Origin: Parcubacteria group bacterium
GTDB lineage: Bacteria > Patescibacteriota > Minisyncoccia > Phycocordibacterales > Phycocordibacteraceae
Assembly: GCA_028286605.1 (NCBI GenBank)
Contig: JAQBRE010000002.1
Span: 1-58,218, forward strand
Length of the DNA: 58,218 bases
Direction of reading: 5' to 3'
Under the pieces are notes generated by a model. It did not search any database, was not told the DNA's origin, and was given only the letters and a program-made list of their open reading frames with translations. This document shows, piece after piece, positions 1-6,771 of the stretch (positions within the stretch are counted from its first letter, which is position 1; each line of letters opens with the position of its first letter). Made by a program: the position numbers and the translations under genes.

Positions 1-105
1 CCGGAACATTTCGCAGATTAGTCACGTCCTTCATCGCCAACATAAGCCTAGGCATCCACCGTGCACCCTTCATGTTTCCAGTGCGGAAACCTGAACACCA
101 CAATT
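1..105 (-). rRNA. rrl: 23S rRNA, 5' end only (gene continues beyond the left edge)
   Basis: The reverse complement of 1-~105 reads ...AUGAAGGGUGCACGGUGGAUGCCUAGGCUUAUGUUGGCGAUGAAGGACGUGACUAAUCUGCGAAAUGUUCCGG. This matches the universally conserved 5' segment of bacterial 23S rRNA (E. coli: ACGGUGGAUGCCCUGGCAGUCAGAGGCGAUGAAGGACGUGCUAAUCUGCGAUAAG). The exact 5' boundary (about 82-105) is uncertain. Confidence 0.85.
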
Positions 106-127
106 GTGTTCTTAATTTGTGATCGCC

Positions 128-233
128 CTATATGAGACTTACGGCTCATATAGAACATGCAATTCTTACCGCATCGCTGCGCAGCATGGTGAGATCTGAT
201 TGCTCAAATCCCACCATGCTGCGCATGATGCGG
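128..233 (-). other. Structured leader upstream of 23S: 9-bp hairpin (128-153) and a ~20-bp interrupted hairpin (169-233)
   Basis: CTATATGAG/CTCATATAG arms at 128-136 and 145-153. CCGCATC..GCGCAGCATGGTG at 169-191 pairs with CACCATGCTGCGC..GATGCGG at 212-233. Possibly rRNA processing stems. Confidence 0.5.
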
Positions 234-292
234 GTTGATTTACCTTTTCTTTGCGTATTCGTGTGTCAACGAACGCGCGCTTCTCCCCCCTG

Positions 293-317
293 AAAATAAA
301 AAGCCCCTTTCCGGGGC
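293..317 (-). terminator. Intrinsic-terminator-like hairpin inside the 23S upstream region
   Basis: Minus strand reads GCCCC-GGAAA-GGGGC followed by UUUUUAUUUU. Confidence 0.5.
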
Positions 318-396
318 GTCACCAGCTCACCTAGGTGGGCTGACTACTGCTCCGTACCGCTGGCTAGTAATTTCGTGGTGATAAACACGTAAGAGG

Positions 397-425
397 AGTA
401 TATAGGAGGGCAAAAACCCTGTCAA
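397..425 (-). promoter_or_regulatory. Candidate sigma70-type promoter (TTGACA-17 nt-TATACT)
   Basis: Minus strand: TTGACA at 425-420, a 17-nt spacer, TATACT at 402-397. It lies just downstream of the terminator of gene 508-1188 and upstream of the 23S 5' end. Confidence 0.45.
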
Positions 426-454
426 CAAAAGGCGGAGCCCATGAAATAGTAATG

Positions 455-483
455 AAAAGGCCACCCCTTCGGGGTGGCCTTTT
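455..483 (-). terminator. Intrinsic terminator of gene 508-1188
   Basis: GGCCACCCC-TTC-GGGGTGGCC hairpin (459-479) flanked by an A-run and a T-run. Confidence 0.75.
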
Positions 484-507
484 CAGCTTTCTAAGAGGCT
501 TTGCCTC

Positions 508-1188
508 TTACTTCATTTCCTGATGCATCTTCTCGATCATCTTCGCAGCAGCCTGCTGGCCGCCAAGGCCGAATGCCAAGCCGAATGCCAGTGCGAATGC
601 GACGACGATGCCGGTGAAGAGCGGCTGGATGAGCTCATTAGCCACCTGAAGGTGGTTAAGCGCTGCAAGGATAGCGAAGACCCAGATAGCCCAGCGAGCG
701 ATTGCACCGATCAAATTCGCTGAACGGATGCCTGCTGCGCGTGCGCTGCCTGCAACGAGACGCTCCACTGCTTCAGCCACTACCGCAGCAACCATAAGGA
801 TGAGTACGGCGATGATGATCTGAGGGAGGTAGCCAAGTACTACCGCGCCGAGGAACATGCTCACATCGTTGAGACCGAGGACACTAAGTGCCACGAGGAA
901 GCCAAGGATGATAAAGAACCACTTCACGAGCGCGCCGAGGAATGCGCCGGAGTTAAGCGTGAAGCCTGCACGTGATACGACGCGATCGACACCTGCCGAA
1001 CGAAGCGCCTGATCAACCTTGATAGCAGTAATAACCTGCGCGACAAGACGGCCGAGCAATGCACCGATCACCCACGCGATGATGAAGATTATGATCGCTG
1101 CGAGCACGTTCGGAAGGAACTGGATAATACCCCAGGAGAGGCTCTGAAAGGACTGGGTGAGCACAGCAGCCCATGAGTTGAGAAACAT
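508..1188 (-). CDS. Multi-pass membrane protein (conserved-TM-helix / small mechanosensitive-channel-related; tentative)
   Basis: 226-aa ORF with about 5-6 hydrophobic helices and repeated helix-loop segments. Followed by a terminator. The family call is from memory only. Confidence 0.6.
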   Translation of the reverse strand: MFLNSWAAVLTQSFQSLSWGIIQFLPNVLAAIIIFIIAWVIGALLGRLVAQVITAIKVDQALRSAGVDRVVSRAGFTLNSGAFLGALVKWFFIILGFLVALSVLGLNDVSMFLGAVVLGYLPQIIIAVLILMVAAVVAEAVERLVAGSARAAGIRSANLIGAIARWAIWVFAILAALNHLQVANELIQPLFTGIVVAFALAFGLAFGLGGQQAAAKMIEKMHQEMK

Positions 1189-1294
1189 AATGGTTGTATA
1201 GATATTAGTTGAGTAACCTGCAGGAAACAGGCCTGCTTACCTAAAGTGTACCAAGACCGCACGGGCCTTTATGAGGGCCTGTGGACAGAGGGTT

Positions 1295-1870
1295 TTATGT
1301 ACGAATCCCGATCTTATCCAGAATAGTACGGTGTGGAGAATCGAATATATCGCGGATAAGACGATCATAGACGCCTACGCGATAACGGAAATCTACTGTC
1401 GTGAATGATGCGTAACGCAGTTCGCGTCCAAGATTAGCCTCAAGCGAATGTATCGCTGCTTCCAGCTTCTTATCATCTAGATTGTCCCCCACTATCAGCA
1501 AGTCTACCTTCGTTTCGATTGCGCCGGTGAAGAGTCCAGAGAGAGCAACGACACGTAGCGCACCTGCTTTCTTAAGCGTAGTTGTTATATCTGTGTCATT
1601 CAGGCTGGTAGTAGCACGCATGAACACGACGAGCGGTTCGTAGTATGCAAACTTTCGATTAGCGCCATACGCCGCGCCATCTTTGCTTGCGCGCTTACGT
1701 ATTACGTCAGCGGCGAGAAGCTGCGTGAGCTCTTTGCGGACCTGATCTTTCGGTACCTTCGTACGAAATGATATATCCGAGACAGTGAAGCTCGCATCGT
1801 CATTAAAAATGAAAAGTCGCAGGAGTTTGAGACGAGGGAAGGAGCCGAACAGACGGGAGAGAGGATCCAT
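1295..1870 (-). CDS. Winged-helix (ArsR/MarR-like) DNA-binding protein, hypothetical
   Basis: The ORF extends to 1912. An ATG at 1870 (MDPLSRLFGSFPRLKLLRLF...) gives a typical wHTH N-terminus (FTVSDISFRTKVPKDQVRKELTQLLAADVIRKR). Start is uncertain. Confidence 0.6.
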   Translation of the reverse strand: MDPLSRLFGSFPRLKLLRLFIFNDDASFTVSDISFRTKVPKDQVRKELTQLLAADVIRKRASKDGAAYGANRKFAYYEPLVVFMRATTSLNDTDITTTLKKAGALRVVALSGLFTGAIETKVDLLIVGDNLDDKKLEAAIHSLEANLGRELRYASFTTVDFRYRVGVYDRLIRDIFDSPHRTILDKIGIRT

Positions 1871-1929
1871 GGAATTTTCCCTATTGTACCTGTCTTTTAG
1901 GGCTGTCCACAAGTCTTGACGGTTGGCCC

Positions 1930-1970
1930 ATAAAAGGACAAGCCCCCAGCTTCGCTGGGGGCTTGTCCTT
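1930..1970 (-). terminator. Intrinsic terminator after rplL
   Basis: 16-bp hairpin AGGACAAGCCCCCAGC/GCTGGGGGCTTGTCCT (1935-1969) followed by Us on the minus strand. Confidence 0.8.
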
Positions 1971-1987
1971 TAGAGCACGAGGGCTTG

Positions 1988-2467
1988 TTACTTGAGCGTA
2001 ACCTTGCCGCCTGCGTCTTCGAGCTTCTTCTTAAGCTCGTTCGCCTCTTCCTTGCTGATGTTCTCCTTGAGGATCGAAGGGACGCCATCGACGAGATCCT
2101 TCGCTTCCTTAAGGCCGAGCGCAAGTACTTCCTTGACCACCTTGATCACGGAAATCTTGTTCGCACCTGCGTCAGTGAGCTCTACCGTTGCTGTGGACTT
2201 CTCGTCCTCAGCACCAGCACCACCTGCTGCCGGGCCCGCAACAGCGACTGCTGCTGCCGATACGCCGAACTTCTTCTCGAATACCTTAACGAGCTCAGAG
2301 AGTTCCATAACAGACATCTCTTCGATCTCGGAAACGATCTTCTTGAACTTAGCCGGTACCTCTACTTCAGCCTCTGCAACTGCAGGGGCTTTCGCAAGAG
2401 CTGCTTCTTCCTTCGTTTCTGCAGCTGGAGTTTCCTCTACTGCATCCTGCTTGATTTCTTCATCCAT
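1988..2467 (-). CDS. rplL: 50S ribosomal protein L7/L12 with acidic/Ala-rich N-terminal extension
   Basis: ...[27 protein letters not shown]...[46 protein letters not shown] at 2467 (MDEEIKQ). I saw no in-frame ATG/GTG/TTG closer to the conserved core. Confidence 0.92.
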   Translation of the reverse strand: MDEEIKQDAVEETPAAETKEEAALAKAPAVAEAEVEVPAKFKKIVSEIEEMSVMELSELVKVFEKKFGVSAAAVAVAGPAAGGAGAEDEKSTATVELTDAGANKISVIKVVKEVLALGLKEAKDLVDGVPSILKENISKEEANELKKKLEDAGGKVTLK

Positions 2468-2495
2468 AGTATTGGGATTAAATAATTCTCTAAAG

Positions 2496-2990
2496 TTACG
2501 CTGCCTTCTTCTGAGCAATCTGGTCGAGTGCGATCACGAGGCCCTGGATAGGACTGTTGAGAACGTTCACGAACATGCCACGGAGAACTGGTACAGGCGG
2601 AATGGTTGCGATTGCTGTCATCGCCTGCGCGTCGAGGAACATGCCCTCGAATACGCCGCCGACGATAGAAAGCGCATCCTTGTGCTTCTTGCCGTGCTCA
2701 AAGATGCCGCGAGCTGCGCTCGTTACATCCGTGTCACTCCAAGCCACTGCGATTTCTCCCGGGAGTTCCGGAATCGATCCTGTGTAGCCCTTATCCGCAA
2801 GTACGCGACGCAAGAGAGTCTTCTTCGCTACGTAGTAGCCGACGCCTTCGCTCTTCAGTGCCTTGCGCATCGCAGACGTGTCCGCGACGGTGAGGCCCTT
2901 GAAGTGCACGAAAACGACCGAGACCGCATTCTCGAGCGCGTCAGTAACTTTACCGACGATATCCTGCTTCTTCTGTTTGGTAATTGCCAT
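2496..2990 (-). CDS. rplJ: 50S ribosomal protein L10
   Basis: 164 aa. [62 protein letters not shown]. Lies immediately upstream of rplL. Confidence 0.92.
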   Translation of the reverse strand: MAITKQKKQDIVGKVTDALENAVSVVFVHFKGLTVADTSAMRKALKSEGVGYYVAKKTLLRRVLADKGYTGSIPELPGEIAVAWSDTDVTSAARGIFEHGKKHKDALSIVGGVFEGMFLDAQAMTAIATIPPVPVLRGMFVNVLNSPIQGLVIALDQIAQKKAA

Positions 2991-3014
2991 GTGGGATTGT
3001 TATGTACGGAACGC

Positions 3015-3040
3015 AAAACGGTCCCTTGCGGGACCGTTTT
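3015..3040 (-). terminator. Terminator/attenuator-like hairpin 25 nt upstream of the rplJ start
   Basis: AAAACGGTCCC-TTGC-GGGACCGTTTT. Symmetric, with U-runs on both strands. Confidence 0.6.
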
Positions 3041-3041
3041 G

Positions 3042-3300
3042 AAGGAGAATGACGAGCTTGGAACAGTACGAATACTCTTCCGCTCGGTCCTCGGCAGGGC
3101 TTATGAATGCCTGCTGTCTTCGGTCCGTACTAGAGGACTATACCCTTTCGGGCCGAAAGTCGCAACTTAGCCGAGACGCTGAGATAAGTACAGCGCAATG
3201 CAGACCAGTGCGACGAAGACAACAAGATACCGAAGGAATCGAAGAAAGTACTGCATGCGAATTCCCTACAGAGTACCATGCTGCTTCCCCACCAAGCTTG
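3042..3300 (-). promoter_or_regulatory. Structured ~250-nt non-coding region upstream of rplJ (possible L10-leader-type autoregulatory RNA; strand and identity uncertain)
   Basis: No credible ORF. A long-range closing helix is made of three colinear segments: 3055-3061/3292-3298, 3062-3068/3279-3286 and 3073-3078/3270-3275. Several internal hairpins. Bracketed by hairpins at 3015-3040 and 3306-3345. Confidence 0.35.
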
Positions 3301-3305
3301 GGTAT

Positions 3306-3345
3306 AGAAAGCAAAAACCACCCTTGCGGGTGGTTTTTGCTTTCT
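3306..3345 (-). terminator. Intrinsic terminator after gene 3391-5292
   Basis: AGAAAGCAAAAACCACCC-TTGC-GGGTGGTTTTTGCTTTCT, an 18-bp hairpin with a U-rich 3' side. Confidence 0.8.
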
Positions 3346-3390
3346 CAATCAACTATTCAGTTGGTCGATCTTTCTCGTTACTTAATTAGA

Positions 3391-5292
3391 TTAAGCGTGG
3401 AGGAAGAGCGGGCCAGCCTGGTAAGCAGAAGGAAGAGTAGTCGTGCTTGTCGTCGTGAACGCGTCGCTGTTGCTGAACGTGAAGGTCTTCAGTACAGACG
3501 TGTCTGACTGGTTAGAACCTGCAGGAACAGTAATCGTAACGCTCACCTGCTTCGTCTGACCGCTGTGAACAACGTAGTGGTTGCCCGTGCTTGTGTCAGC
3601 TGTCGAAGAGATAGCTGTTGACGAGGCCGTAGACGTTGCAACACCGCTCTGATCAGTGATGGTTCCAGTTACAGCTAGATTACCAACCTTCGAGAAGAAG
3701 ATGTCCTGACCGAACGAAGTTACGTTGAACGTGTACATGAAGCTACCCTGCTGAGTACCTGTGGTACCAACCTGAGAAGCTGAAGTACTTGTCGTTGGAG
3801 CAGAATCAACTGCGAGGCCGAGTGAGCGGAAGGTAATTGGATTACCTGAAGCTGCGCCTGTTGGCGTTACGCGGTTGCTTCCATTCTCGATGTCAGCACC
3901 GTAGCTAGGAACCGTAACCGTTACGCTTGAACCTTCTGCGAAGTTTATGCCATCAATACGATTGATGTCAGCAACAATCTTGAAGGAATTAGTCGTACCT
4001 GCCGCAAGCTTGAAGTTCAAGTTCTGGAAGGTAGTCGTTGCTGCGCCTGCCATGTTCGTTGGCGTCTCGGTGTCGAGAAGCGTCGAGCCCTGGTAGAGCT
4101 TGAGCGAACGAATCATGTTCGGAAGAACAGCACCAGAGCTTGTTGCAAGCTGAACAGGGAGCGAGTAGAGCATCAAGTCGCTATTCTTCGCCTGGATGGT
4201 GAAGGTATTGAGCGTGATGCCAGTCGTCGCATTCTGAGTATCACCCTGAACCGTAGTGGTCTGAGGATTGTCAGAACCCGTCGAAAGTACTGCTGAACCA
4301 GAAGTTCCGCTACCTACAGTAACCGTAGCTGGGATTGCGTTGCTTGGAGCATACTGCTGGATACCTGCAGCATCCGTAGCACGTACAGCCTGGGACTGAA
4401 GTGTTACTGAATACACACCGCCAGCGTTCGTGGTGCTGATCGCGTTCTGTGTCGATAGCGTAAGAGTGTAGTCAACGGTATTACCCATCTTAACTACATC
4501 CTTAAGACCAGAGAAGCTTATGCGGTACTGCTGGTTTCCGTTTGCACCTGTACCGTCCTGGCTGTAGTTGTTTGCATTCGTGAGGTCAACAGTACCAACG
4601 GTAGTGTTGCCATTCATGAGTGTTGCTGTCTGGAAGACTCCCCAAGGGCGAATCGTACCAGTGCTGCCAGTGTTTACGATGTCGAAGTTGACGCGGTCGA
4701 CTGCGAGGTCAGAACCGTCAGCCTTGAATTCGAAACCGAGAACCTGCTGCGAATCAGCCTGGTTGAGCGTGGTGTTTAGAGCGCCGATAGTCTTGAAGTT
4801 ATCGATGCTGCCTTCACCGCCCGAGAGAGGACCAGTTGAAGTTGTACCACCAGTTGTCGTACCACCCGTCGTAGTTCCTGCCGAAGCATTTACCTTAGCG
4901 CGTGTTACTGGACCGAAGTAGCCAGCTGCTGGCGAAATGCCATTAGCTGCCTGGTACGCTGCGAGAGCTGCCTTCGTCTGAGGACCGAAAGTTCCGGTCG
5001 CGCCAGCTGCGATGGTGAAGCCCTTGCTGATAAGCCAGTTCTGAAGAGCAGTAACGCTAGCGCCGGTTGAACCAACAGTGAGGTCCGTAGTGAACATCAT
5101 CGAGGTTGTCGTCGTCTGCGAACCACCAAGCTGAGCCTGGAGCGAAGAGATCTGCGCGAGAAGCGATGCGATCTGAGCCTGAAGCGCAGAAGTCGTATCA
5201 GCCTGTGCTGCAGGAGCGATTGCCATAGCGACGAGGCCGAGACCTGCGACGACTGAAGCGAATTTCGCTGCAACGTTTGTTGAATTTGTCAT
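3391..5292 (-). CDS. Secreted PG-binding-domain protein with long Thr/Ser/Gly-rich beta-type region
   Basis: ATG at 5292 (MTNSTNVAAKFASVVAGLGLVAMAIAPAAQA is a signal peptide). A coiled LQAQIASLLAQISSLQAQL segment. A PG_binding_1-like segment (VGSTGASVTALQNWLISKGF...FGPQTKAALAAYQAANGI). The ORF-track start at 5466 is probably spurious. Confidence 0.75.
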   Translation of the reverse strand: MTNSTNVAAKFASVVAGLGLVAMAIAPAAQADTTSALQAQIASLLAQISSLQAQLGGSQTTTTSMMFTTDLTVGSTGASVTALQNWLISKGFTIAAGATGTFGPQTKAALAAYQAANGISPAAGYFGPVTRAKVNASAGTTTGGTTTGGTTSTGPLSGGEGSIDNFKTIGALNTTLNQADSQQVLGFEFKADGSDLAVDRVNFDIVNTGSTGTIRPWGVFQTATLMNGNTTVGTVDLTNANNYSQDGTGANGNQQYRISFSGLKDVVKMGNTVDYTLTLSTQNAISTTNAGGVYSVTLQSQAVRATDAAGIQQYAPSNAIPATVTVGSGTSGSAVLSTGSDNPQTTTVQGDTQNATTGITLNTFTIQAKNSDLMLYSLPVQLATSSGAVLPNMIRSLKLYQGSTLLDTETPTNMAGAATTTFQNLNFKLAAGTTNSFKIVADINRIDGINFAEGSSVTVTVPSYGADIENGSNRVTPTGAASGNPITFRSLGLAVDSAPTTSTSASQVGTTGTQQGSFMYTFNVTSFGQDIFFSKVGNLAVTGTITDQSGVATSTASSTAISSTADTSTGNHYVVHSGQTKQVSVTITVPAGSNQSDTSVLKTFTFSNSDAFTTTSTTTLPSAYQAGPLFLHA

Positions 5293-5700
5293 AAACAATT
5301 TCGATTTATTAATTATTTTGAACGAAGCATGTGCGGTGCGATAAATACTAAAAGTGCATCGCACACACCCGCTTGCTAGTTTGGTAATGGTTTGCTTCCG
5401 AAGAAGCGCACCGATTTTTTGAGCACATTCCTGGACTATCCGACGAGACGCAGTATCGACCCGCATCCCATCGGTTAGCTGGCAAAGTTCAGTAGCATCC
5501 TGTGTCCTTCCATAGTAGGGATCGTGCTTCCGTGCTGAACGCCCGTCATATATGACGGGCCGGCTCGTGGGTTCTTACGCCACGAGCACATGTGCATTTG
5601 CTGAGCACTATTTCCAGAGTCTCAATAGCATAGCTATCGTGAAGCCCTGATTAATGTCAACGTTCTCCCATTCAGTGTTGCGCCCCCTGCGTTCGGTACC
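5293..5700 (-). promoter_or_regulatory. Long structured 5' leader of the PG-binding protein gene (candidate riboswitch or other cis-regulatory RNA)
   Basis: About 400 nt without a credible ORF. Hairpins at 5541-5561 (GCCCGTCATATATGACGGGC) and 5564-5588 (GCTCGTGG..CCACGAGC). The minus strand contains ...ACGCAGGGGGCGCAAC... and ...GAACUUUGCCAGCUAACCGAUGGGAUGCG (5473-5482 = CCAGCUAACC), reminiscent of the ydaO/c-di-AMP motif. Confidence 0.3.
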
Positions 5701-5844
5701 GGTTAAGTATACCGAGCAGATGGGTGTAAACACCTATACAGGAATGTGGATAACCTAGGAATTCCCTAGAGAATTCCCCTGCTATCCCTTCCAGTACCCT
5801 ACCTGCTTTCATGAAGAAAGTCAATGAGTAGCTCGCGCTTTGCT

Positions 5845-6642
5845 CTATGCAAGCGCGTAAGTCGTCCAACGGCGTTCGCCACTGCGGATGATAGTTCCCT
5901 CTTCCGAAAGAGCCAGCAATTCACGCTGAATGGTCTTTTCGCTCACATCTCGGATAACAGTAGAAATATCCTTTATATAGGAAGGGCCCTTACTACGCAG
6001 TATAGAAAGGATGGCTTCGCGGCGATCAGTTGTTTTCTCTGATATCTGTCCTTTATCGTGTCCTTTAGAAACTGACGGTGCCTTGGATGAGGTTTTGCGA
6101 GTAGGTCGTGGCATCGCAGGGGCAGCTGCGATACGGGCTGGGGAAAGCGTTGGTGAGTGGCGCTCAGCAGCAAGCTCCTTCGAGAGTTCTGCCAAGGAGG
6201 GCGCGTCATCCAGAAATAGGCGCGGCTCTTCATAGGCAGCTACCTCCTGCAGAAGCGTTTGCGCTTCTCGGGCAATAAGCTCGGCATTCATGCTGGAAAG
6301 TAATCCGCCCGTGCGTCCGATTGAAAGAACGCTGGAGAGTGCTAGCAACTCGCGGGAAAGCGCATCGCGCGCAGAGGTGGGCGGAAGGATTGCCGCATCC
6401 ACTAAGCCAACGGCAACGTGATCCATACGATCACGCAACGCAGGAGAATTTCGGAATGCCGGAGCTACCAAGTGAATCGCTTTTGCGAGACGCTCAGCTT
6501 TTTTGTAGATATAGACACGACGTATGTCTTTTTCAAATATGTTTGAGAATATACTCTTTTCTAGGACGAAATCAGTAGTAGGCGCCTTTGATTCGTGCGC
6601 CTTGAGTGACTGATTGTCTTTGATGTGTCCGTTATCAGTCAT
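5845..6642 (-). CDS. Hypothetical protein with C-terminal DeoR-like winged-helix domain
   Basis: 265 aa. The C-terminus REAILSILRSKGPSYIKDISTVIRDVSEKTIQRELLALSEEGTIIRSGERRWTTY is HTH-like. Confidence 0.6.
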   Translation of the reverse strand: MTDNGHIKDNQSLKAHESKAPTTDFVLEKSIFSNIFEKDIRRVYIYKKAERLAKAIHLVAPAFRNSPALRDRMDHVAVGLVDAAILPPTSARDALSRELLALSSVLSIGRTGGLLSSMNAELIAREAQTLLQEVAAYEEPRLFLDDAPSLAELSKELAAERHSPTLSPARIAAAPAMPRPTRKTSSKAPSVSKGHDKGQISEKTTDRREAILSILRSKGPSYIKDISTVIRDVSEKTIQRELLALSEEGTIIRSGERRWTTYALA

Positions 6643-6771
6643 GAGTGTCCTATAGGTATATTCATTGCCTTAAGGACAAGTATACCCCTCCCCGCTTCTT
6701 TGCAAAGTCTTTAAAGAACCGTTTCAAGGAATTTTCCTGCTACCTCGCACAAGGTGCTAAAATATGGCTAC

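Noticed and set aside
293-396. 4.5S/SRP RNA or 5S rRNA for the ~95-nt promoter-to-terminator unit upstream of the 23S.
   Set aside because: No domain-IV motif (GGAA tetraloop plus AGCAGCC) and no 5S consensus could be aligned. A 5S would also be expected downstream of the 23S, not upstream.
3128-3138. The 11-mer TACTAGAGGAC is shared between the rplJ upstream region and the DGR target-gene leader (43209-43219).
   Set aside because: There is no extended similarity on either side. It is most likely a chance match.
1992-3170. 392-aa plus-strand ORF.
   Set aside because: It is antisense to the clearly identified rplL and rplJ genes. It has low-complexity Ser/Ala/Thr composition typical of a shadow ORF.
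3042-3300. RNase P RNA on the plus strand. It contains UAGAGGA...AAAGUCG, GCUGAGAU, CAGUGCGACGAAGAC and UACAGAG, which resemble conserved RNase P segments.
   Set aside because: I could not form the obligatory P4 pairing between the CR-I-like and CR-V-like segments. GGUAAAC-type and other S-domain elements are missing. The region (~250 nt) is shorter than known bacterial RNase P RNAs. It is kept only as an unidentified structured RNA.
3042-3300. tmRNA, 6S RNA or SRP RNA in the rplJ upstream region. A CCACCA string occurs at 3289-3294, and GGAAGCAGC occurs on the minus strand.
   Set aside because: There is no T-arm (GGUUCGAAUCC-like) before the CCACCA. The fold is multi-branched rather than a 6S-type bubble. 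The GGAAGCAGC is not in the GNRA-hairpin context of SRP helix 8.
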